Shown: one piece after another, positions 52,654-64,000 of the stretch | How positions within the stretch are numbered: the first letter of the stretch is position 1 | Layout of the letters: every line of letters starts with the position of its first letter | Source: Balanoglossus misakiensis | Taxonomy: Eukaryota > Animalia > Hemichordata | Assembly: GCA_040954595.2 (NCBI GenBank) | Contig: CM082579.2 | Coordinates: 9,289,625-9,353,624, forward strand | DNA: 64,000 bases | Direction of reading: 5' to 3' | Program-made: the position numbers and the translations under genes | The notes under the pieces: generated by a model | Databases searched by the model: none | Told to the model about the DNA's origin: nothing | What the model saw: only the letters and a program-made list of their open reading frames with translations

Positions 52654-55600
52654 TACAGGTTTTTATGTTGCAATGATTTATGCCGAAATTATGACACCAT
52701 TCGTCGCAGCATTATTCCTACGATGCGGTTATGTTGCCCTTGTACACACAAAAAAAATATTCGATATGTGTATAAGGATTATTTTCGTATAAGGATTATT
52801 TTCTGTGATGTGTACGTGCACGTCGCGTGGATAGATGGGTTCGTGCGCGTTTGTTTGTACTTAATATGTGTGTTTGCATCTTAACCGAGTAATCGAGTTG
52901 TATGACTGTTTTTCAACGTATCAAATTGTATCTAATTCTTTCCTACTAGAATATACAGCTTGTTGATCAGCGCTTGCTTTAACTTCACCCCATATACGTT
53001 ACCCCGACCAACCATGAAGATAAAGATTTAAAACAAGAACATGGTGACCATGAACTATTACTCATGATGACGCCTGTTTACACTTTGATCAAAGTCGTCC
53101 GGCCTGTTGTTTATTTGTTTGTTTGATGCTCTTTATATTCGCTTCTCTCTCTTTCTAGAATTCATTTGTCAACAATAACAATTCTCGCGACACTCAAACA
53201 GGCTATGTTGACAAGTGGGGTACTGGGTATTTTAGCATGGTGTTCAGAGTTGAGACAGAAATTGCGTTTGATACACAGAACAAAAATACTGCAAATAGCG
53301 CCTAAAGTTATTTTAAGACACAGAACAACAATTTAATCATGGTCGCCATCAACGGTCCTGTTTTTATAACAAGTAAAGGAGTTGATTCACTCAGATGAGT
53401 TTAAATGATTCTCTAACCCTTTTAAAATAACAGGTACGACTTCATCAAAATATTAAACTGAAACGATCGTTAAATTTAGGTTGTATTTGCATAATGCTGT
53501 CTCGCGCTCTTTTGCAATTGCGAACATTTATCTGGTCGACCTATAACTGAATTCATTATTTCAGTAAAATCAGCATGTTCGAGGATACACATCTATATTT
53601 ATTCGCCCTCCAACAGGAGATGTAAACTATAAAACAGTGAATTGATATGCACTCAAACAATTTGATAACAAACATCTCACAACGGTTTTTTTTTTAATTT
53701 TGCCGTGCTATTCATGCACGAATCAGCGGTGTTTGAAAGATGGCTAGGAGTGCAGGTTGCATGTGATCAGATAGGAGATCGTGTAATTAAACGTTATAAT
53801 TACATAGTGTATTAATTTAGTTGATAAGGTTCCTTTCATTGACTTGCCGATTACCCTGCCATTGTTGTCACTGAGTAAAAGGCCCTTTTGTCTGGCTCTC
53901 TCCTCGTCGCTTTCGGTGCCGCGCATTCATGAAGCGCGGAGCAGGAGTCATCTTCACTGGCTGTGTACATACGGTGCATATGGCGCCCACGAGCCAGTAC
54001 ATATGGCGGCTGTTGCTTTGCCCCGCTCCCCAACCTTAACCCTCAGTTGTCCAAAATTTTCCCTGCGCCAAACTTGAACGACCGATTTTGAAAACGCCCA
54101 GTAAATGTACTAGTATCTACAGTCAGTATGTGTGCATGTTTATTCCACCGTGACAATGGCGTTTGGCGTTTTAAATCGGGATGTAGGCCTACATGTAGTA
54201 TACACAGTGGGGTATCTTTGAGTTCTGCATTATACAATGTCAGAGCAGTGACTTTTCAAGATGTGGGGATAAAGCAAGGGGTGATACGGTGATTGCCGGT
54301 ACGTGTGGTTCCGTCTTTTGCGAATCGTGGAAATTACAGGCATATGGCAGCGATGCCATTAAGTGCTTCGCTTCCCTCTTTGACTTGAGACCGAGTAGGG
54401 AGCGTGCGGAAAAAGGGGGTTGCCTTTGATTGTCAAGGAAGAGTGTGGAGAGGGCTCTACTCTGAGCAATTCCATTCAGCTCCATCCATGCAAAACAGGA
54501 AAGACCAGTGGAGACCCCAAATAAAGACATCACGTCACGTTAACAGAAGACTGATGTCGACGATCTGTGTACAAAAGGATAATCATAGGTTACAGTGGCC
54601 GCCCTGTATATACCGCTTTATAATCGACCTCGCAACAAAAGACTTGTTTTTTGTCAACTCCGCGGATTGCTGTCGGTCACCGCACGGCACGGACCTCGGT
54701 CGCTGAGACAAGCACACGTGGCACTGCCAGGTCACTTGATGATTTCGGGAGACTTCCAACAACCTGCAAGTGCAGAGTCACCCCTGACAAATCCCGGCGT
54801 CGAAAGGGGGGGGGGTGCACAACCAAGGTGGACGAGAGTCTGGCGTGTGCGAGTGTGCCCGGCAAGATTAAAGCCGCCAAACATAGCCTAGCCGGATGCT
54901 CGTCCCGGGGATGTTCGTCGAAACTGTATGACAGTCTGTCCGACATTACGTCGAAAACGGCCCAATCTGCTTGAACGGGATATCGATTTTCACACTCGGA
55001 GATGGAAAAAAAAGAAGGGGGGGGGGGTCGACCCAACGATTCATTGTTTGGGGGAGATTTCTGGAACACTTTATGAGTTAAAAGGAAAATATACAGAAGG
55101 GCCAGGAGCTATACCATATGTACTTTACCGCAAATTTCAACTCTGTATAAAAAAAGAAAGAAAGAACACGGAGCAGTATTCATGGCTCACACATTGCCAA
55201 GTGGCCAACTTGAGGACAACGCGAACGTCATGACGCGAAACTCGATTCAGAAGTACGAAGAACGGAGCGGAATTGATATCGGCGGGAAAGAAAAAAGCCG
55301 CGCTTACATCTAGGCGGGATTTGGGGGCGAATAGAGCGACTTATTGCAAATTTTCTCGGTATGGTTCTGTGTATGAAATTTGATCGCTGCAACCTTGGGG
55401 CTGGGATTAAAAACAATGAAATCCGAAATGTTAATAGCAAAATGTAAGGTTTGGATGCGGCTGGCTGGCTTGCACTAGTGACGCCTTTAGGAACCGCGCC
55501 TAATCCCATTTCAGTCGACCATGTCAATTCTCATTGTCGTTCGCTTTCCGTAGTGGCTGGTCACAACAAAAAATAAGTACATGCACCTTGTTGGCGGGAT

Positions 55601-58600
55601 TTTTTTACTCCCAATGTATGCCGAATTCAAAATTATTGTGCCATTCGAAACTTTCCAACGACAGGTAGGGGGGAAACGCACCGCACATTGTACTTTCAAT
55701 CGAACCATACAACAGGAGCGACACATTTAACGTGTGCGCATGATGTATTTTTCATGAAATATCCACTAAAGGACCTGTGGGCTGCTAATCGAAACAAGAA
55801 ACTTCAAAAGAAATAATTTCTATTTTCTTTTTTCCGGTCTATGACGCGCGGCATACATGAAATACTAAGCTGAATTAACAGCACAATTTTTAAATCCCGA
55901 CCATTTTTTGTGTCCGCTCTACCCATCTTTTGATACAGAAAAAATAAAGCTCATGTTATCAACTAGACATTGTTGACCCAAGTACATGTACCTACCTAAC
56001 CCCAAACGCACATACACACACATTCTCTCTCACACACATGTGTGAGTGTGTTTATGTTAAGAAGTCGGGTTCTTATAGACCCCGTTATCAGAGTCTATGA
56101 GTCATATTTTCATGATAGGATAGTATTACTGGAATATATGACGACAGAACTGCTCTTCAAACGTAAGCATAATTAACTATAAGCGTTCACCAGAATCGTG
56201 CCATGCCAAATTCAAAACAAACCCGCGTAAAAATAAATGGCGAATCTTGTTGTCCGACAAAGACATTGAAAAAGGGGGGAAATATGTCTGCATAGGTGGT
56301 GACACGGTGCGGGGGGGGGGGGTTGTGAGAGTGCGGACGTTCTTTCGGGTGATACGATGGTAAGCGATGATGGTTGATGTCTGATGCCCGACGAATCCCC
56401 TTCAATTAGCACGTTTAAGATAACGATCTCTCGCATATGGACTGCCATCATGTCTCTCCTGTGTCACGTCCACTGTTGCCATGGAAACGTCATATTGCAC
56501 GAGGCCCTCTGTCGATATACATATATGCTGACATGCATCGGTGGAATTGTCTGCTGATTCAATTAAAAACACAAAACAATGGGGTCGGTGTATACGCTTC
56601 TCGATTTTATCTTCGATTGTTTGGGGGAGCTCATCCGGGTCCTTCTGCTGTTTAGCGTGTTTTGAACAGCAAATCAGAGGAGTCATGTGATGTGATGTAA
56701 TGTGATGTTGGCATCGACGCAAGACATGGGATGAAACTGCCACAAAAATCATTGCAAAGGAACGTGTTGGATGTGAATGACATCAAGATTTTTTGTAGAT
56801 GAACTTTTCAACTCATTCGTAACTGTATGTCTGCTTCTGTCAAGTAAAGTGGTCGGCCACTCAGGAACTTTCGTCGCGGCCACACTGAGTTAAGACACGG
56901 CGATCCAACAGAAGATCCAACAACAGCGTTTACTTCGACGCTCGGTTAGGGTTATGGCGCCAAAATACGTGATCACCCTGGCGACAGTGGCAACTTGTAT
57001 CGCAACTTACACGGCCACCGGGTCCGTGTATCTACGCATGCAATTAAACATTGTATTCCTGAGCCACTATGACTTTAACAACCGAGCGCAAAACCGAACG
57101 GCTTGCATTAGAATACGCGAGTAGGCACTAACTCCCGCGGTTTTTGGACGAGATGTGGGTCATATAGTAGTTTACAAAAAATAATCCGAACCAGTTGACG
57201 ACCACGTCGATAAAACCTGCAAAAAGAAAAAAGACGGGGAAAACACGTAACTTTTTTGCTGTTTAAAAGGTCCGGGCACAAATCACGCGGGAATCATAAA
57301 CTCGAGTCTTTATTGAGGAGCAAAGCTTGGGAAAATTAAGCAATATGAACTCAAGCGGCGTTTCACTTGTTGTACATTACCCCCTTTCCGTAATATACGG
57401 GCGAATCAACCCAAAATGAAGTCAGCATCATTCTAAATTAAACCATAGAATAATGTAATAGAAATTGACATGATGCGATTTATATTGTAAACGAAATGTA
57501 ATTGTGTGGGAATGATAAAAATTTATGTCTTCTGTGTTTTTACAGTACAGGGGGGGGGTTTGATCTACAGGGGAAATCAACGGGCAGAGATTTAAATCGG
57601 GGAAGCATGGGTTATACAAGTGAACTGGGTATAGGTGTGTGGGGAGCCGGATTGCTTCAACGTACTAATACATTATCTGTTTAGCGAGATGTATAAAGAC
57701 GGGTCCAGTCTTCTGACGGTGTGCTTAATGACTCTGGATACGTTTCCATTTCTCTGTAGTGTAATTTGTTCAATTTTACTTAGACTTGGCGAGGTCAATC
57801 GCTTAGTCTCAGACGAGTAAATGATGTCCGCTTAGCCCTTGCTGAAAGCCCATAAATCGAGGGGAATTTCCGATCGCCGAGTGAAATATGACGGGAAACG
57901 GAAAGCTCTAACACTGGGATTACGATGGATGGTTTGGAGTTAGTTGGCAGGACACTCACATGCGCACTGCAGCTATACTCGCCGCCATGCCCCATCATGT
58001 GCAACGAAACCGGGCCGTCTGTTCCCAACCCTCTCATCTCTAACTAGAATTTCAAGGCTCTAATGTTAGAGAGCTTGTCGGTTATGCTGTAAATTCACAC
58101 ACACACACAGAAGAAGAAAGGGGTTTAGTTTTTCTACATTGTACATATTGAGAACAGCGGTGTTATTTTGTGTTTTCTAAATCGCCCATATTGACTGAGG
58201 AAAAAAAGGGTGTAATTTTTGCTTTCTAAATTGTACATAGGCCATGGACGGTCAATTGTTTCGCGGTTTTCCCCGGTGAGACGTATCAGGTCCCTTTATC
58301 AGTTCCAACACACAGCGATTGTTTTTGGGGCAAAGCTATGAAAAGGAAATAAAGGGGTGGAAGGTAGACGGCTCCTGATAATAGATAGATAAGATCTAGG
58401 ACTTCATAATACGCAGTGTGCAGTAGATTTTCCACAACAGGGACCGGACAATAGGATTGATGGAAGAGGCGTTCTGTGTAAATGCCTACCCGGACACTGT
58501 CGACAGATTTCCCAACTATTAGCGCGCCACTGACGTTTTCATCTCACGTGCCCCAAATTTCGGAAGGCGTGCATACGTTTTTTTTCTTCTTTCTTATGTC

Positions 58601-61600
58601 CGTTGACGCAAGGGTTGAAAATAACCTATAAAATCACACTCCCTCCTCGGGTTTCGTCTTGGGAGAGTCGCTCTCAAACGACCGCGTTACAATTGCCGCT
58701 AAGTGCAATGTTATGTCGGCCGAGATACACAACTAATTTCACTGGCGCTCATCGGCAGCGCGGGACTGCGCAACGGCTAGGCAGTCACCAAAGTTGGGCT
58801 CCTCTGCGCAACTTCATTTTAGGTCCGAAGTCGAGAGCTCCTTTATGGATTTCTTTGAAATTAAGCAATTGCTTTAAAATGAGAAATCGACGTGAAATTG
58901 AAATCGCCCAAAAGAAGTGGACGTTGCCTATGTCTGAAAAAAAAGAACGATAGATTTCCCGCGCGCGGCAATCATCGCCGACATTCTGGAAATGTACATA
59001 GTGAGGATGATCACGGCGGCGTCGTGTTAATTAGAATAAAACACACATATCCAATTTATCATCCGGTGTACACTGTTAACGTTTGCCGTCTGGGTGTGTT
59101 CGGATCGCCCAGTGACGCTACTTGGCCCTAATGAAATTTCCTGCTCGCTACCAGTAGCGTTCGTTGCGCTATATTAGAGCACTTATCGGGCACATATTTA
59201 CCGTGGCTGTAATGGTCCAGAAACGGCTTTTTGCACATTATGAAATGCAATGAAAGCTAATGAAATTTACTCCAGCCGTGACGAGAACATTATCCTTCCA
59301 GCACGCACACACACACACACGGACACGAACAAAATGTCTCCGTGTGGACGCCAAAATTCATTCCCAGTTAGAAAATATCTGTATATAGGCTTTGAAGCTT
59401 ATAAAATTAAAACAAATTCACCACAGCGCGATCGAGTATTCGAGAGTATTCTGGATACGATAATGATGAAAGGTGGGTGGGGGGGGGGGGCTCGGCATTT
59501 ATTCTGTATTTGCTAGCTGCGTCTACTGTTACAACAATGCCACCTTTTGGAATCAATAGTCGATTAATCAATACGAATATTAAACCCCAAAGTTCATTCT
59601 TTCGCTGCACTGCCCTGCAAGACACTTTGATTTTTCCAAACGTATCTCTTGACTGAAAATAAACCTGCTCCCATATCTTCTCTCCCCCCCCCCTTGCCGT
59701 TTTAAATTTTGGTTGAATTTAAAGCTTCCGAATGTTAAACTCTACTCTGGTCAATATTTGATACACGTTCGACCTTTAAGCATTATACTCCACGAGCGTA
59801 AAGCTATCTTTCTTCATCATTGTGTTGGCGGTCTCTTGTTAGCGTCTTGTTTTCCTTCAGTAAAACTTAGCTAATTACGGCCATTTGTTGATAATTTGTA
59901 ACGATTTTGTTGTGCATCCTTACTTTCGACTCGTGTGTGCACATCATTTACAAATGTGTGTCACCATGCACTTCGTACAGCCAAAGGTGATTTCAGACCC
60001 GGTCCGTATATCAAAAGCGGCTTTGCACAATATAAAGACATTGTTTCGATAACTACGAGCACGCGCGTATTCAGGTCGACTATAAGGTGATTTGATGTAC
60101 TCCACCGATGTTATATTTCTACATGTAAACACAAATAGTGCAAAAATGGCATCAAAGTTTCATAGTAATCCATTTAATAGACCTCGGAATTGAGTTAAAC
60201 TTTCCAAGAGGCACGCAGCAGTCCCCAGTTGATGGCCAACACATTCCTTCATCCCGACACCCATTTACAAGACGGACACGAATAAAACAGCATCGTCGTG
60301 CAAGTTATCGCCGTTTGGATTGTTTGCGTCTTCACGCCGAGGTCTCCCCTCCCCGAAAGCCGATCGCCATGGCAACCGACGTCCGGGGACGCGGTTGAAA
60401 GTGCAAAAGTAATGACGTGCGGAGGGACGGATCAAGGAAAAAATAGTACTGCTCGCTCAACTTACCGCGTTCTGGAGCGTGACGAAAAACAGTGACGGTA
60501 ACGATCACTAAAAAAAAACAAAGCAAGACAAAATATATTGAATCACTTACTTCACTTTACAGTATATCCTAGATAATAGAAGCAGGCGTTTTCACTGTTT
60601 TCCCCATATATTATAAAAAATGAAGGCAGACATTCGTTTTTTGTCGATGGGGTTTAAATAATACATATATTAGAACCGATATTTCTTTTGAGGAAAAGAA
60701 TACAATAAGAACGCTTTAATGTGGGAAAATATGTCAAAATCTATATAATTGATGAAATCTGTATAATCGATCAAAAGGTTGACACAACCCTACTTTGCTT
60801 ATTCATAGCACTGCCTATAACGAAATACAATAATGAATAAAAAAATTCCGATAAAATTGCTCATTTTGAGGATCCTCGCACCACTTTAAAGTGAAGGGGT
60901 CGTCGCGTTTGTTTATAAACATTAACAATTATCCACAAATCCCTGAAATTAGAAAATTCTTAGAATGAACGAAGCAGCCAATCGTAGCGTAGACTGGGCA
61001 TGACAGCAACTGAAGATCCTAGTAGGTCGTGGCGACTGCAGTGAGGTTTGTGCTGGTATGGGAGGACATATTCTCATCAAAGGGGGACACCCACGCGGCG
61101 CGACGACCGCTTCCCTTTAAAGTCAGAGTTTTTAACCTCACAATCCTGGCACCATTTAAACTCAAAATTTTGATTTCATTAAATTCTTTTAGGGAGTTCG
61201 CAATAAGTCGCTGTATTTTCGACATCGCTTCTGTCATTTTTGTTTTGTTTTGTACGAGTAGTTGTTCGTGATACCTGGATGACATAATTCATGGCGAGTG
61301 CCGGAAATGAGGTCATCAAAATGCATGTATTTGCATATTATGTCTGTAGACATAGAGTGGGTGGATCGTCGGCCATTTTGCCACGTTTCAGTAAGTAGAA
61401 CAAATTTCAGATATGCCGTCAAACGGTAATGAACACCGGAAACACTACAAGACACAGCGGAAGTTGTATCTCAATCCAGGGAGAGCGTGTACCTGTTGTA
61501 AATGTATGGGGCAACCCTTTAAAACCGTTTTGTCACGGTTCTTGTGTCATACGATAGTGTTACCGACCCCCCCCCCCCTCAACACATTCAACCACTAGAA

Positions 61601-64000
61601 AGAAACAACCAAAAAGAAAAACAACGAATATTGCCGAAGATGAATATTCAAGAATGACATACACGGGCGGTATTAAACTGATAATCAAAATGGCGACAAT
61701 AACCGGCTGTTATGTTTATTAGGATGAACGCAATATATAGTATTTCAGCACACGAAATCTGTTCACCTGATCTAGTAGTAGTGAGACTAAGAGTGGTTAC
61801 TTGTAGCGCCTTGGGGTAGGAAAGCTTGGCTCTTTGGAGAGCGCACATTGGTGTTTGGAACGGAAAATTAAATTTCATGAGATTCACTGTCGATAAGGAT
61901 CAACGATAAACTGAAAGAGTCATCACTATTACGTGATTTGACATCACTTTGAACACCGGTGAAAGCCAAATCTGTTTCCCACTGAGAAGTTTCTCCATCA
62001 AGATAGACGAAAACGTTTCCCTCCTGAAAACACACATTAGCAATACGTCACGGCCACAGCACTGCGTTGGGAATTTCATCGGTGCGACTGCGCCTGGAGT
62101 TCCCAGATATGGCCTGGCAGTAGTAGCATTCAGCGCCATAGTTCTCGTATTGTCGTTCGCTCAGCTGGGGCAACCGTTTTTTTGTTAGCCTGTCTCGCCG
62201 CTCGACAGAGTGTATAAGCTCACGTGACGTAGCTTACAGAGTGAGACTAATGCGGGATGGCGCGCAGAGAGACAGTTCTAACGACGTGCCTTTTAGCGGA
62301 CGGATTTCGTCGATTACAGAGTTAATGTCGGGATCGTTGTGGGCATATCTGGGCAAATTAACTCTAATTTGCCCAATCCAACTGCCGAAAACTTAAAAGT
62401 GCTGATGCCCACTGCGAAGGCCGTGAAAGACTTCTCCAGTAATGTTTCAAGACACGACCTACGTGATTTGCTCGTAAACACTTGCGGACGGGGGGAGGAA
62501 GCAAGACGGAGTGTCATAAAACGAAATGTCGCTGTAAAAAAAAATTGCAACGACAACGATCTGTGATATCATGCAGATGTCCAGGTTAGGCGCATGTAAA
62601 GCCCAGAGTTAATCGGCATAAAAATTAATATAAAAAAAAACGAGACGTGAAAGTTCAGTCGTTTCCAGGGCTAATTAGAATATTGTGTCGAAGACGGTGA
62701 ATTTCCATGCACTGCAGCATTTCCCAGCGAATATTAGAATAGATTCGGCGTAATTGAAAAACAGCTCAGAGGCACTGGCCATGCTTCTCAATATTTCGTG
62801 AATTATGCTGTATTGTGATGAAATTACCATCACATCTGTGTAGTGTTGGCCTTCCCTCGGCTCAAAAACACACACCGGATCGGTAGAATATTCTCTCTGG
62901 AAAGTTCAGTGTTGAAGTCTCAGCGTCGTGCGATTCCATCTCCCAGCAATATGACAACAATACAACCTCATAAAAACAATAAACTCAAGCAGTATTTCGT
63001 CGGCGTTGAACCTTTGCCATTAATCTGAGCGGCGCCCCAAACTGAGAAATTCAAATTATTTTGGTCGATTTTTGCACCCAGCGTTACACACAATATAAGC
63101 TTACTAAATACGCCATTCAAATCGGCGATTCGAGGTAAGATATATACACAGTCTAAAATAAGCAGCGGGGAGCGAAATGTCAAACCGAAACGCACGAAAA
63201 CTATCAAAACCGGTAAAATGCGCACATTTCCTGGTCTGGGGTGACGACCGAGGTACTGTTCAGCCGTCTTGGACAAGATGGGCGACTGACAAGCGTCATA
63301 AACGGGGGGTAGCAGGTGCATGCAAAACTCACTCTATCGCACCATGCCCTTCGGAGTACCTACCTCAGAGAAACTGATAATTCGTCACTGGAAAACTCCA
63401 TCCCGCTTCGAGTACCGTACCGCTGCAGTCGCGTCCGCAGATCTCTCCATATACAGCCATCTCCCCGCCTCTCTCCCAGACTGCCTGTGTCTGCTTCACA
63501 AACGAATTTAGTCGTTTTTCCTCTGTCGGAATAAAAAAAGCGTAACCCAGCCACTGACTCCGCGGTGCGTTTATTGCGTGTGTACGCCGCGCAGATCAGC
63601 GGAGGCGCAGAACCATCAGCTATTTCTGCGCGGGAGCCGCGCCGTGGTTCCGCAAATAGACATCCTTAGACGCTAGGCCATAAAAGATTCAGAAAGGCAG
63701 TTATCTCGCCTTTGTGAATGGTCTCGACTTGAGCACACCCATTACAGTCTATAACAAATAAAATAAACATTACAGACGTGGTTTCGCGACTTTTTTAGTT
63801 GGCAGAAATAAAATATGTAGGAGGAGGTGAACGAATTTACGCCATTTATAGGGTAAATAAACAATACTGCGAGCTGTGTGCGCGCGCGTGTAAAATTTAA
63901 CGCGCTGGAGTCATACGCTTACTTTTCACGAAGATATCACCAAGATTACTCGCCTGCTGTTCAAGAAATGAATATAGTTATAATGAATATAGTGAATATA

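Noticed and set aside
51815-52673. CMYV- and HSFI-repeat ORFs
   Set aside because: Translations of tetranucleotide microsatellites.

Overview
Eukaryotic (animal) genomic DNA with GT-AG introns and microsatellites. A marine invertebrate, possibly a non-vertebrate deuterostome such as a hemichordate, is my inference and is not established. Left 25 kb: the 3' 16 coding exons of a TBC1D1/TBC1D4 (AS160) Rab-GAP orthologue on +, with a decayed hAT transposon in an upstream intron and two candidate frame-preserving microexons. Middle (29-45.8 kb): a compact small-molecule-modifying cluster made of a 3-exon NNMT/INMT/PNMT-family methyltransferase (+), a tRNA-Pro(AGG), five tandem intronless sulfotransferase-fold genes (-) that each have a homologous non-coding first exon and show gene-conversion mosaicism, and a GAL3ST-like Golgi sulfotransferase with a degenerate PAPS-binding loop (-). 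Right 18 kb: no recognisable protein domains; repeats, MITEs and one candidate promoter/mini first exon. All exon coordinates and domain calls were made by eye, without database searches.
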